A stretch of 64,000 nt of DNA, from the NCBI GenBank assembly GCA_045106895.1, contig JBGCFM010000016.1, forward strand, positions 32,001-96,000, read 5' to 3'. The position numbers and the translations under genes were made by a program. The notes beneath the pieces are model-generated. The model was not told the origin of the DNA, made no database searches, and was given only the letters and a program-made list of their open reading frames with translations. How positions within the stretch are numbered: position 1 is the stretch's first letter; each line of letters begins with the position of its first letter. This document shows, one piece after another, positions 52,470 to 62,355 of this stretch. This DNA is from Polyangiales bacterium. GTDB lineage: Bacteria > Myxococcota_A > Polyangia > Polyangiales > Houyiibacteriaceae.

Positions 52470-54701
52470 TTACTCGCCGACTTGAATGCCGAGCTGAGAG
52501 AAGAGGAACGCGAATACGTCCGTGTATTCTTCGATCTCTTCGCTGAGTGCCGTGCCCATTCCGTGGCCCGACGTGGCGCTCGTGCGCAGGAGGATTGGGG
52601 TGTCGGCAGCGTTCGCCGCTTGGAGACGCGCGGTCATCTTTCGCGAGTGCCAAGGCTCCACGCGGGGGTCGTTGGCGCCGGTGAGAAAGAGCGTCGCTGG
52701 GTAGGCCGTTCCGTCGGTAACATTGTGGTAGGGCGAGTAGGCATGCAGCGCTTGAAAATGCTCTTCGTTCGTGACGGTGCCGAACTCGCTGACGTTGAAC
52801 GCACCGTTGGGTGAGAGCTCGACACGGAGCATGTCGTAGATGCCCACGTAGGAGACGACGACGTGGGCGAGCTCCGGGTTTTGCACCATCGTCGCACCCA
52901 TCAATAGCCCTCCGTTGCTGCCGCCGATGATGCCGAGGCGTTCACTGGAGGTGTACCGCCGCTCAACGAGGTGACGAAGCACCGCGGAGAAGTCATCGAA
53001 GACGTTTTGTTTGTGTGTGAGGTTGCCGGCTTCATGCCAAGCCGCGCCAAACTCTCCGCCGCCTCTGAGGTTGGCGACGACGTAGATCGCGCCGTTGTCC
53101 ATGTAGAGGCTGTTGAGGGCGCGGAAGCGAGGGACGATGTTCACGCCGTATCCGCCGTATCCGTTGACGACGCAAGGGTTGGTGCCGTCGAGCTCCGTGC
53201 CACGTCGCATGATGATATTGAGAGGTACCTCGGTGCCGTCGGCGCTCGTCGCCATCTCGCGACGAACTTCCCACTCGCTGGCGTCGACGGCGCTGGTCTC
53301 ACGCAACGGAGTGTCCACGACTTCGCCTGTGGCGGGGTTGAGGAGCTTCCACGAGGACGCTTGCACGAAGGACTCCGTGCGGAAGAGGATGGAGCCGTCC
53401 CGGAGGGACGTCATGGAACGAATCGCGCTCACGGGAGCGAGGCTCGGTGCCGTCTGGATTCGTCCGCGGTGGTCGTAGAGGCGTAGTTCGCTTGGGCCGC
53501 CGGTTTGATACGTGACCACGAGACGGTCCGCCGTCGGGACGACCGTCGGCGGGCCCCAGAAATCTGTGACGATGGTGTCTTCGCCCTCGGGGACTACGAG
53601 AGTGGCCCGCTGGAGGTTCGGTCGGCGCACAGAGGTGCGAACGATCTTGCCACGCGGCGCTTCGTTTCGAGAGACGACGTAGAGGTCGTTGCCGGGGCGC
53701 CCACGGGCATCGAGGGGGCCGAAAGTCGCCTGCACAACCTCGTCGTCGAAGGTGCTGAACTGAGTCCAGCGTCCGTTCGTTTCGCGGAGGTACATCGCGA
53801 ACTCGCCCCCGTCGCCATTCTGCACGGTGGCGAGGAGTCGTCCGCTCTCGGGCTGCAGCTGAAGCTGAATCTCCGCGATGCGTGGAAAGTCCCTGCCGAT
53901 CTCGTAGACATCTTCACTCACCGGCTGCCCGATCTCGTGGCGCCAGAGTTGCTGATAGAAGTTCGCATCTTCCGCTGGACGTTCGTCGCCTCGTGGGTAG
54001 CGGGTGTAGAAGAAGCCTGAGCTGTCAGCGAACCAAGCCAGGTCGCCGCCGGCGGTGCCGCCGTTTACGTACTCGATGATCTCTCCGGTGCGCTCGCCGG
54101 TCTCGACGTTGAAGATGTGCACGTCGCCCTTTTCACTGCCACCACGCGAGAGGGAGACCGCGAGTAGTGAGCCATCGTGAGAGGGGATGAACCAGTCGAT
54201 GGCGATGGCGCCGTCGGCGTCCATGGAGGAGGGGTCGACGAGGGTGCGTGCAGAGTCCGCCGCGTCGAGAGAGTCCATGACGACGATGAAGGGTTGCTCC
54301 GCCGGAGGTCGATGCTCAAGGGCGAAGATTTTGCCGCCTGCCTCGGCGAGTCCTCGATGGGTCCGGCTTGGCGCGGCGAGGATCTCTTGGACACGCCCGC
54401 GGATCGCGTCGATGCCAGGAAGTGCCGCGAGGTGGGCCCGAGCGACGCGGTTTTGACCGTCGTTCCAGCTCTGCACATCTGCATCTTCTGGGTCTTCGAG
54501 CCACTGATACGCGTCGACTACGTCGACCTCGTGGTACCGGTTGGTGACCGGGCGGACGTCAGCGACGGGGGCTGTCTCGGGGGCTGTCTCGGCGGCCATA
54601 GGCGCTTCGTCGTTTGCCGGAGGGGCGGTCGGAGGTGGAGCGACGGCGCTCGAGCTGCCGCATGCCGCGAGAAGGAGGAGGCCGAGACGTTTACTTCGCA
54701 T
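52470..54701 (-). CDS. prolyl oligopeptidase (S9A), lipoprotein
   Basis: Lipobox LAAC; D.YQWLED, GYGGYG, RGGGEFG, GGSNGGLL, DPRV, GHG. Confidence 0.95.
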   Translation of the reverse strand: MRSKRLGLLLLAACGSSSAVAPPPTAPPANDEAPMAAETAPETAPVADVRPVTNRYHEVDVVDAYQWLEDPEDADVQSWNDGQNRVARAHLAALPGIDAIRGRVQEILAAPSRTHRGLAEAGGKIFALEHRPPAEQPFIVVMDSLDAADSARTLVDPSSMDADGAIAIDWFIPSHDGSLLAVSLSRGGSEKGDVHIFNVETGERTGEIIEYVNGGTAGGDLAWFADSSGFFYTRYPRGDERPAEDANFYQQLWRHEIGQPVSEDVYEIGRDFPRIAEIQLQLQPESGRLLATVQNGDGGEFAMYLRETNGRWTQFSTFDDEVVQATFGPLDARGRPGNDLYVVSRNEAPRGKIVRTSVRRPNLQRATLVVPEGEDTIVTDFWGPPTVVPTADRLVVTYQTGGPSELRLYDHRGRIQTAPSLAPVSAIRSMTSLRDGSILFRTESFVQASSWKLLNPATGEVVDTPLRETSAVDASEWEVRREMATSADGTEVPLNIIMRRGTELDGTNPCVVNGYGGYGVNIVPRFRALNSLYMDNGAIYVVANLRGGGEFGAAWHEAGNLTHKQNVFDDFSAVLRHLVERRYTSSERLGIIGGSNGGLLMGATMVQNPELAHVVVSYVGIYDMLRVELSPNGAFNVSEFGTVTNEEHFQALHAYSPYHNVTDGTAYPATLFLTGANDPRVEPWHSRKMTARLQAANAADTPILLRTSATSGHGMGTALSEEIEEYTDVFAFLFSQLGIQVGE

Positions 54702-54755
54702 GGGCCCCGCATATCGCGAGTGAGCCCGGCGTGCACGCCGGCCAATCATGGCCGT

Positions 54756-56825
54756 TCAAGTTTCCGAGAAGAGGTCACCCAGAGATGTGAGGTCTTCTTC
54801 GATGGTCCCCTGTTTGGTCTGCGGGAGGAGCAGCACCGCGCGCCCAGGCCCGATGCGGACGTTGCTGAGGCCAAGGGCGCCGTGGGTGAGCCCTTTCGCG
54901 TGAAGCGCGCTCAGGGCTGCTTTGACTTCGCGGCCGACGCGGAGGCGTTGCGCGTCGCTCAGTTCGGCGCGGAGGAGCGACTCCCCCCGAGGCGACTCCA
55001 GAACGGCGCGTTCTCGTTCATTGTCCACATCAAAGACCGCTTGGAGATGCGGGTGGTCGACTTGTGCGAGTGAGCGGAGGAACTGGCTGCGTTCTGCGCC
55101 GCAAGGCTCGATGCGCACAGTCCGACCCAGGAGCGAGTCCTCCGCCAAGTACGCGCCGCCTTCTCGTGCCTCGATCAGTACGTAGCGCTCCGTCTCTGGT
55201 TTCGGCGCGATAGGGCGCTCCGAAGGCGCAGATGCTCGCTTGCCGAGATCGACCGCGGCTTGGACGGCGTCATGATCCGGGTCCCGCCAGTCGATGGCCT
55301 CCATGGTCTGCAGAACGGCTTCGACGCTCGGTGGACGCACGGTGAGTTCCTTGGCCAGGAGCTGATCGAAGAGCGCGTCGAAGCGCGAGCCGACGTCGGG
55401 GCGCAGTTCCGACACGCGGCGCGGCGTTTCGTTCAGGTGGGCGCTTACAAAGTCGGTGCCCTTGAAGGGGATCGCTCCCGTCAGCATTCGAAAAAGAATG
55501 ATGCCGAAGGCGTATAGATCAGTGCCTGCTCTCGGCTTCTCTCGCCCGGTGATCTGTTCCGGCGCCATGTACGCAAGGGTGCCCATCATCGCTCCGGTGA
55601 GCGTGCTGCTCTGGTCTTGCAGGTGAGCAACACCAAAGTCGCCGATCTTCACATCGCCCGCAGCGCCGAAAAAGACATTCGCAGGCTTGAGATCGCGATG
55701 AATCACCCCGCGCCGGTGAACGGCTTCGAGCCCTTTGAGCATCGACAGAGAGACGCTCTGTGCCGTTTCCAGGGGCAGACGTGCGTCGTGCTCAAGGCGG
55801 TCTTCGAGAGTGCCACCGGCCATGAATTCCATGACGAGGAAAGGGCCGTCCGGGTTGAACTCAAAAACGCGAACGACGTTAGGGTGGTGAATCCCCGCGG
55901 CGACATGGGCCTCCTGCGCGAAACGCCGGTAGCTGTCTCGTCCACGTGCGCCGGCGGCGACGTTCAGAACCTTGATGGCGACGGCGCGCTCGTAGAAACC
56001 GTCGTGGCCGAGAAGCACGCGTCCACTGCCGCCGGCGCCGAGGGTTCGTGCGATGCGGTAGCGACCCGCCAAGAGCTCGTTGGCTTCGCCGCCTTTGGAG
56101 AGACCCGCGAGCCCGCGTTCATCGCCGAAGGCACTCTTGAGAAACTCGGGCACGGTGAGGACGGTGTCCTCGTTGGGAATCCGCGAGAGCGCAGCGCTCG
56201 CAGCCTGGTCCATGTTGAGCGCGTCGAAGCAGGCCACCAGAAGGGGAAGGGCACGGGCTTCGTACTCGGACGATTCTGCTGCGCGTTGAAGGGCGCGCGC
56301 GGCGTGGTCCCATCGGGCGAACTTGACGAGGATCTGCCCAAGACGAAGGGCGGCGTCGGCGTCATGGGGGTCTTCTTTGAGGCGACGCTCGTAGAGCATC
56401 CCGGCCTCTCGGCTGCGCCCGTTTCGCTCTTCGCAGCGCGCCGCATCGGAGAGATCGCCGGCGCGGGTGAAGAGCCGGGCCGCGCTATCAAGGTCCCCTG
56501 CGGCTTCGCGAAGTCTCGCCGCGTCGCTGAGGCGTCCTTTGGACTCCGCGAAGCGCGCGGCCTCGAGGGCGTCGTCGGGGCGCCCCGCCAAGGTGTCAGC
56601 GAGCGCGGCATGAATGTCGCGCGCGTCGCCTTCAAGAGCGCAGCGATAGGCCAGAGCGAAGAGGCCTGCGTTGCGCGCGATCTCCGCGGCTTTTTGCCAC
56701 TTCCACACCGACGCCAGCAGCTCTGCCGCCTCTTTGGGGCGGTCTTGCCCCAGCAGAATGGCGGCGGCTTCTTCGTAACGTCCTTCTTTTCGAAGTCGCT
56801 CAAGCTCGGCATGGGTGTCGCTCAT
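54756..56825 (-). CDS. TPR-repeat Ser/Thr kinase with C-terminal degenerate kinase-like domain
   Basis: N-terminal helical repeats; LGAGGSGRV, VAIK, HRDLKPAN, DFG, GTLAYMAPEQ; second domain with HPHL and HGALGLSN. Confidence 0.9.
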   Translation of the reverse strand: MSDTHAELERLRKEGRYEEAAAILLGQDRPKEAAELLASVWKWQKAAEIARNAGLFALAYRCALEGDARDIHAALADTLAGRPDDALEAARFAESKGRLSDAARLREAAGDLDSAARLFTRAGDLSDAARCEERNGRSREAGMLYERRLKEDPHDADAALRLGQILVKFARWDHAARALQRAAESSEYEARALPLLVACFDALNMDQAASAALSRIPNEDTVLTVPEFLKSAFGDERGLAGLSKGGEANELLAGRYRIARTLGAGGSGRVLLGHDGFYERAVAIKVLNVAAGARGRDSYRRFAQEAHVAAGIHHPNVVRVFEFNPDGPFLVMEFMAGGTLEDRLEHDARLPLETAQSVSLSMLKGLEAVHRRGVIHRDLKPANVFFGAAGDVKIGDFGVAHLQDQSSTLTGAMMGTLAYMAPEQITGREKPRAGTDLYAFGIILFRMLTGAIPFKGTDFVSAHLNETPRRVSELRPDVGSRFDALFDQLLAKELTVRPPSVEAVLQTMEAIDWRDPDHDAVQAAVDLGKRASAPSERPIAPKPETERYVLIEAREGGAYLAEDSLLGRTVRIEPCGAERSQFLRSLAQVDHPHLQAVFDVDNERERAVLESPRGESLLRAELSDAQRLRVGREVKAALSALHAKGLTHGALGLSNVRIGPGRAVLLLPQTKQGTIEEDLTSLGDLFSET

Positions 56826-56847
56826 CGGTTGCCCACAGAGTCTGCCT

Positions 56848-57588
56848 TCATTCGCTCTCGTCGGCTGCTGCGCTCTCGTCGGCTGCTTCGCTCTCTTCGG
56901 CGCTCACGTTCTCCAGGGCGCTCGTCGCGGCATACTGCTCGGCTCGCGCCTTGGAGCTTCCGCTTCCTCGGGCAAGGATCTTGCCATCGGCGAGGACGGC
57001 GACGTGAAACGTGCGCGCGTGGTCCGGTCCGCTGGTCTCCAGGAGTTGATAGCGGGGTGTCACGGATTGAGTCCGCTGCATCAGCTCCTGCAAACGAGAC
57101 TTTGCGTCGCGTTCGGCACTTACGTCTTGGAGACGCGGGTCGAAGAGTCGGCGTACCACTTCCCGCGCGTCGGCGTACCCAGCGTCCAAGAGAAGCGCGC
57201 CAACGAGGGCCTCGAATGCGGAACACAAGAGCCGCGCCTTCTCACGACCTCCGGACCGCTCTTCCCCCTTTCCGAGACGAAGCGCCGCGCCGATATCGAG
57301 TTCGTCCGCAACGGAGCGGAGACCCGCTTCGCAAACGAGCTCCGCACGAAGCCGAGTGAGTTCGCCTTCGGACGCCTTCGGGCGCGTGGCGAAGAGCAGC
57401 TCAGCGGTGATCATTCCCAAAGCGGCGTCACCCAGAAACTCCAGTCGCTCGTTGTCCGCGTCGATGGCAGCGTGCTCGTTGCGGTACGAGCGGTGCGTCA
57501 TCGCCGTCAGCAGGAGCTCTTGAGAGTTGAAGGTGTACTCAAGGGAGTCTTCGAGGGGATGCGTTTTGCGAGCGGGCTTCGTGGACAC
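56848..57588 (-). CDS. rnc: ribonuclease III
   Basis: THRS, NERLEFLGDA, FEALVGA, dsRBD (KSRLQE, GPDH, SKARAEQ.AA). Confidence 0.96.
   Translation of the reverse strand: MSTKPARKTHPLEDSLEYTFNSQELLLTAMTHRSYRNEHAAIDADNERLEFLGDAALGMITAELLFATRPKASEGELTRLRAELVCEAGLRSVADELDIGAALRLGKGEERSGGREKARLLCSAFEALVGALLLDAGYADAREVVRRLFDPRLQDVSAERDAKSRLQELMQRTQSVTPRYQLLETSGPDHARTFHVAVLADGKILARGSGSSKARAEQYAATSALENVSAEESEAADESAAADESE
56853..56901. repeat. 18 bp tandem repeat encoding the acidic tail of RNase III
   Basis: cgctctcgtcggctgctg / cgctctcgtcggctgctt / cgctctcttcggc. Confidence 0.85.
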
Positions 57589-57652
57589 GACGAGGCACCG
57601 TAGCAGGTCGCTGCGGTCTTGGAAGTACAGATGAGGTTAGCCCGGTAGCGGG

Positions 57653-58966
57653 TCAGCTCTCGCGCTGCCGGATAGTGGCGCACAGTCCAGGACGTTCATC
57701 GGGACCTTCTCCGCGTGCGAAGACTAAGTCCAGGGCGTGGTGCTCAGCGACCTCTCGCGTGATGGCGATGCCGAGCCCCTGGCCTTCCGGGTTTCGAGAG
57801 CGGGCTTCTTCTGAACGAAAACGCGCCTCGCCGAGTCTCGTGAGGTCTTCGTCGCTAACCCCTGGGCCGTCGTCGAGGACTTTGAACTCCCAGCGTTCTG
57901 CGTCGCTGAGGACCACGGCGACATGACCGCCCTCCGAACCATAACGAACGGCGTTGTGCACGAGGTTGCTCATCGCGCGTTCTAAGAGCGTTGGGTCGGC
58001 GTTGACGTAGAGCGGCGCTTGAGGAGTCGCGTGGTTCAAGGCAATGCCTTTGGCGCGGGCGATGGGGGCGTGGCGTGCCACAACACGTTCGACGAGCTCG
58101 CCGAGGTCGACCCCGTCCACTCTGCGAACCGGGATGGCTCCCTCAAGGCGTGCCGCGGCGCTGAGGTTCTGCAAGAGCGAAGCGATATAGTGCGACTCCT
58201 CCAAGGCGCGGCGCGTGTCTTCGCCGGGCTGCACTCCGTCCAAGTTGATGAGGTGCCCTTGGAGAACCGTGAGTGGAATCATCACGTCATGCATGGTGTT
58301 GGCGACGTAGCGAGACAGCGCGGCGTCGCGCTTCGCCAGCGCCTCGACCTTGTCCTGGAGAGCAGTGCGATCGGCCTCGATCACCTTGGAGAGCTCCGCG
58401 ATTTCATCGTCGCCGGGCTGTCGAATCGATCCTGCACCTTCCACTGCGCGCCGGAGACGACGGATGCGGCGAACCATAGGGCCGGCGGCGAGGAGGGCGA
58501 TGAACGCCGCCACGAGGGCGGGGACGAGAGCTAGTAGAAACCCGAGGCCGGGTTGTTGAGGTTCCGGGCGCTGCACCACGATGACGCTGCAGCGTCCTTC
58601 TCCTACGCGGAGAGCGAGGACGCGACGGCCGCCATTGTCGCTGACGTGGGAAGCCGTGTCGGATTCGTGCAGCCCCGCGACGAGTTCCGGTTCGAGAGGC
58701 CGGAAGATGGGCATCGAAGGGGAGAGGTCTTCGTCATAGAAGCGAACGCGGGTGGGCCGAGGAGCGCGTCGCCGTCGGCCTCTCCGCCCACCGAACCGTC
58801 CGTCTTCGCAGCGCTCCTGGAGCGAGGCGTGCTGATCGCGCGCGGATTGCACCATCGCCTCGACGGCGACGGTGTGAGCGAACCAGGCGCCGGCGGCGTA
58901 GACGAGCAGCGTGATGGGAATGACGGAGAGCGCGAGGGTGAGCGCCAACTTTCCGCGGAGCTTCAC
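57653..58966 (-). CDS. membrane sensor histidine kinase (HAMP)
   Basis: Two TMs, DEIAEL, H-box TMHDVMIPL, NLVHNAVRY, DDGPG, GQGLG. Confidence 0.92.
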   Translation of the reverse strand: MKLRGKLALTLALSVIPITLLVYAAGAWFAHTVAVEAMVQSARDQHASLQERCEDGRFGGRRGRRRRAPRPTRVRFYDEDLSPSMPIFRPLEPELVAGLHESDTASHVSDNGGRRVLALRVGEGRCSVIVVQRPEPQQPGLGFLLALVPALVAAFIALLAAGPMVRRIRRLRRAVEGAGSIRQPGDDEIAELSKVIEADRTALQDKVEALAKRDAALSRYVANTMHDVMIPLTVLQGHLINLDGVQPGEDTRRALEESHYIASLLQNLSAAARLEGAIPVRRVDGVDLGELVERVVARHAPIARAKGIALNHATPQAPLYVNADPTLLERAMSNLVHNAVRYGSEGGHVAVVLSDAERWEFKVLDDGPGVSDEDLTRLGEARFRSEEARSRNPEGQGLGIAITREVAEHHALDLVFARGEGPDERPGLCATIRQRES

Positions 58967-59634
58967 GCTTCCGGGCCCGCGGTCTCAAGCTTGTAGCCGA
59001 TACCCCAGACGGTCTTCAGCTGTGCCGCCGCGCCGCCAAGCTTCTTCCGGAGACGTGAGATGTGCACATCCAAGGTACGCTGTCCGCCCTCGTGTCCGGG
59101 GTCCAGGGCCGCATCGACGAGGGCCGCGCGGGTCATCGCGGAGGATGGGCGGCGCATCAGCGCCAAGAGGATCTCGAACTCAGCGGTGGTGAGCTCGATC
59201 TCTTCGCCGCTCACGCTCACCCGACGTGCATCTTCGTCGAGGGTGATGGCGCCCACCACGAGTTCGTTCGTCTCGCGTTCAAAGAGCGGGCGGCGGAGTC
59301 GGGCCGCGACGCGAGCGAGGAGTTCCTCGGGCCAGAACGGCTTGGTGAGGTAGTCGTCGGCGCCAAGCTGGAGCGCGCGCACTTTGTCGGAGGTGTCCGA
59401 ACGGGCGCTTAGGATCAGGGCGGGAACGTCTGAACGCCGCCGGTAGGCCTTGAGAATGTCGAGGCCGTAGGTGCCCGGAAGCATCAGGTCGAGAACCACA
59501 AGCCGGACGTTTGAGAGGTCGGCATCTCGCGCTTTGTCCCCGTGGCGAAACCACTCCACTTCGTAGCCGGCGTCCGTGAGGGTTTTGACGATCTGAGCGC
59601 CAAGCGCTTCGTCGTCTTCGGCGAGAAGAATCAT
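58963..59634 (-). CDS. OmpR-family response regulator
   Basis: ILLAEDD, LDLMLPG, GADDYLTKPF, DVHISRLRKKL, TVWGIGY. Confidence 0.96.
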   Translation of the reverse strand: MILLAEDDEALGAQIVKTLTDAGYEVEWFRHGDKARDADLSNVRLVVLDLMLPGTYGLDILKAYRRRSDVPALILSARSDTSDKVRALQLGADDYLTKPFWPEELLARVAARLRRPLFERETNELVVGAITLDEDARRVSVSGEEIELTTAEFEILLALMRRPSSAMTRAALVDAALDPGHEGGQRTLDVHISRLRKKLGGAAAQLKTVWGIGYKLETAGPEA

Positions 59635-60248
59635 GAGAGGACATCCGCGAGCATGGGGCCGCGACCAGAGCGCAGCGCGATGGTGCGCTCTACAAAGACG
59701 CGCAGAAGATTCTCGAGTGCCAGCGCATCGGGACCGGACCCAAGAGCACGAAGCGCGCGAGCAACGGCTTCAAGTGTGCAGAGCCGGCCCTCGCGGCGCC
59801 CTTGCCGAAGCGGGTACGCGGAGGGAGCGTCCGTGGGGAGGGAGACGAGGGGAAGAGCGAGCAAAGGAAGACTCCTCACGTGGGCCTTGGCCCGTCGCCA
59901 AGTCCCGTCGACGACGATGATAGGTGCGCCCGCGTCTGCTGGGGAGAGTCTCCTCGCCGCGCCGGGGAACAGAAGGAGTGCGCCGTCTGGAACAGCCTTG
60001 GGTCGCCCCACGGTCCAGCTGCCGCCGAGTGCTGTGCGCGCGAGCCAGCCAGTGTTTGTGGTGCGGCGCTCCTCCTCAGGGTCGACGACGAAGTGAAAAG
60101 GCGAAGGCGGCTTCAGATGCGGGAGGATATCGCACATACACGTCGTGAGACGCGAACGACACGTGATACATCGCGCGCCCCGCATGCCCCGAGCCCCTTG
60201 TCGCTTCGGGTGCTCGGCGTTCCTTCGTTTTTCCTTTTCCTCCTCCAT
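59631..60248 (-). CDS. DTW-domain tRNA-uridine aminocarboxypropyltransferase (TapT-like)
   Basis: CxxC...CxC, TNTG, LLFP, VDGTW, LCTLEA; start at 60248 or 60185. Confidence 0.85.
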   Translation of the reverse strand: MEEEKEKRRNAEHPKRQGARGMRGARCITCRSRLTTCMCDILPHLKPPSPFHFVVDPEEERRTTNTGWLARTALGGSWTVGRPKAVPDGALLLFPGAARRLSPADAGAPIIVVDGTWRRAKAHVRSLPLLALPLVSLPTDAPSAYPLRQGRREGRLCTLEAVARALRALGSGPDALALENLLRVFVERTIALRSGRGPMLADVLS

Positions 60249-60394
60249 TTGCCGGCAGACCGTACTCCATTCGATTCCCCTTCGCATGGCGTGAATACGG
60301 ATGTCTGGTGCGTCCAATCTTCCAGCGTGATTAGGGCATCGCGGAATCATCGTTTATGCTTGGAGGGCCAGCGTGCGCCATCAGGAGTAATCGA

Positions 60395-60985
60395 ATGCGC
60401 GCCTTTCTCATTGCCCTCGCCATTCTCAACTTTTCAGGAAATACGTTCGCGTCGGGACCAAGCCTCGACGTCATCGCCACAGAAGCGTTCAGCCTCTATC
60501 CAACGGTGTCGACGGACCTGACGTTTGAGAGTGCGCGATCCCAGCTTGGCTGGGGGAGCTTCGACCTGACGGCGGTGCCGGAGGTCGACGAGATTCGCGT
60601 CGATCTCGTGATCGGTGTGCCCGCGGCGGAGGTGGCCTGGGGCGAGTGCAAGGTCTTGGAGCTCGTTGGCGCTCATTCACGTGTGGCTCGTTCCGCCGAC
60701 TGGGCGGGAGTGCCGATGGCGAACGGAGTCTTCGATTCGCTGCGCGGCCGCCTCACCATTCAAGACATTCGAAGCCTCGCGCGAGGGCAGACCTCCTTCG
60801 CCGATGTTTGCGGAGAACGCGTGTTCTTCGACGACGAGGCCCGCCAGTCCATGCTCCGCTTCGTCGAGACCTTCGACGAACTTGCCCTGACCACCGGTGA
60901 GAGCGCGCCTTCGCCGCCGCTAGAGCTCGGGCCCGACCACGACTTCTTTCCCGAGGCTCCTCTTCTCTTTCCGTTTCCGGCCTAG
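60395..60985 (+). CDS. secreted hypothetical protein
   Basis: AGGAG RBS at 60383-60387, signal peptide, two Cys. Confidence 0.65.
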   Translation: MRAFLIALAILNFSGNTFASGPSLDVIATEAFSLYPTVSTDLTFESARSQLGWGSFDLTAVPEVDEIRVDLVIGVPAAEVAWGECKVLELVGAHSRVARSADWAGVPMANGVFDSLRGRLTIQDIRSLARGQTSFADVCGERVFFDDEARQSMLRFVETFDELALTTGESAPSPPLELGPDHDFFPEAPLLFPFPA

Positions 60986-61876
60986 CTTGTCTATCACACG
61001 CGCCACAACTCGCTCACTCGCGAAGAAAGGGGCGAAGGCGACGAAGGTGAGCTGGAAGGCAAAGCCGATGGCCATGAGCGCCAGTACCCCGAGGTGGAAG
61101 CCCCACACGAGCACCGCCCAGACTTTGCCGAAGCCGCGGTGGAGCACGGCGACGGGAGCAGCGACTTCGAGGAATAGGCTCAGCCACGCCATGCCACTGA
61201 ACATGCCGGCGTAGGGAAGGAGCGCGGCGCCAATGGGCGAGTAGACGCTGCCGAGTTCCAGCTTTCGCACGTTGTCGAAGGCGACGTAGTTCCGGAGCGT
61301 GTCGCCCTGGGCGAAGTCGAAGCCGCTGTTTCGAAGCTTCGCGATGCCGGCGATGAGATACGCCGCCGCGCAGACCATGCACATGAGGCGAATCATCCAG
61401 CCATAGCGACCTTCACGTTCACGAGCCGCGAGTTCGTCCGGTGCGCGGGGACTTCGGCGGGCATCGAAGCTGAACGCGTCCGCCGCCGGGACAAGAGCGA
61501 GGCAGCCGACGTACAGCACGAAGAGGTTGTCCGTGTGGAGGATCTTTCCCCAGGAATTGCTGTGCGTGAGAACGAAGAGCAAGCCCGCAGCGTAGAGCGG
61601 CGCGAGCAAACGGAAACGCCAGCCGAGGAGAAATGCAAAGCTCAACAAGACGGTGATCAGCACGACGCCTTGGTAGAGCGCTGGGAGCAGCGGGGCGTCA
61701 GACCAGGCGACGATTCCGACGGGAAGGAATCGGTCCAAGTCGTCGAGGCCGTAGCTCCAAAGGTGAGGGAGCCGAATGCACAAGTAGAGCGAGCCGTAGA
61801 GGCCGACGAGAATCCGCAGGCTGGCCAGGCGCGTCGCCGGTGCCGCGTCGAAGAACCAATCGCTGAGCCGCTTCAA
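60920..61876 (-). CDS. HTTM-domain membrane protein (vitamin K-dependent carboxylase-like / SdpB-like)
   Basis: WFF......LA.LRI..G, FSFD, W.IRL...AY.IAGIAKL, LE...P, FH; TTGA overlap with the upstream gene. Confidence 0.8.
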   Translation of the reverse strand: MKRLSDWFFDAAPATRLASLRILVGLYGSLYLCIRLPHLWSYGLDDLDRFLPVGIVAWSDAPLLPALYQGVVLITVLLSFAFLLGWRFRLLAPLYAAGLLFVLTHSNSWGKILHTDNLFVLYVGCLALVPAADAFSFDARRSPRAPDELAAREREGRYGWMIRLMCMVCAAAYLIAGIAKLRNSGFDFAQGDTLRNYVAFDNVRKLELGSVYSPIGAALLPYAGMFSGMAWLSLFLEVAAPVAVLHRGFGKVWAVLVWGFHLGVLALMAIGFAFQLTFVAFAPFFASERVVARVIDKLGRKRKEKRSLGKEVVVGPEL

Positions 61877-62355
61877 GGCGCGACCTCGCAGCGCGCGTGG
61901 ATGACGTGCTCTTGGAGAGAGTCCTGTGGGTCTTCGCTGGCGAAGTACACAACCGTGTCCCAGGTGTCCGTCGCGAGTTCCACCTCGGCGTAGTCTTCGC
62001 CGGCGGCTCGGATGCGCCCGGCGACCTCTGCGCAGAACGCGTCTGCACCATGCTGAACGCCGATCTCGATAGTCCGCAGAGACTGGAGCACCTCGCGGTT
62101 ACCGGCGCTGAGCATAGGTGAGAGAGGCTCGCGCGAGCCATCTGCGCGAACGCCAACGGCGTGCATGAGCGTCAGAACTGGGCTTGGGCGTCCATGAGAG
62201 AACATCGGGTAACTGGACAGCGGAAACGAATCTTCGTGGGGTTCCCAGCTAACGGGAACGAACACGATGGCGAGGAGCGCCAGCGCAAAAAGGACCGCCG
62301 CGACACGCCAGCCGCGCGACCTTTGGGGATTCTCTACTGGTTCTTTCGTAACCAT
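61873..62355 (-). CDS. single-TM partner of the HTTM protein
   Basis: TM then DSFPLSSYPMFS; two Cys; coupled to both neighbours. Confidence 0.7.
   Translation of the reverse strand: MVTKEPVENPQRSRGWRVAAVLFALALLAIVFVPVSWEPHEDSFPLSSYPMFSHGRPSPVLTLMHAVGVRADGSREPLSPMLSAGNREVLQSLRTIEIGVQHGADAFCAEVAGRIRAAGEDYAEVELATDTWDTVVYFASEDPQDSLQEHVIHARCEVAP

Noticed and set aside
54566..54592. 12 bp tandem repeat in the prolyl oligopeptidase gene
   Set aside because: In-frame ETAP duplication in a lipoprotein linker; ordinary low-complexity variation.
55617..57603. 580 aa and 262 aa plus-strand ORFs opposite the kinase and rnc
   Set aside because: Antisense shadows of well-supported genes.
60920..60985. 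66 nt convergent overlap of two CDS ends
   Set aside because: Short tail-to-tail overlaps are common in compact genomes; no sign of dual-coding function.
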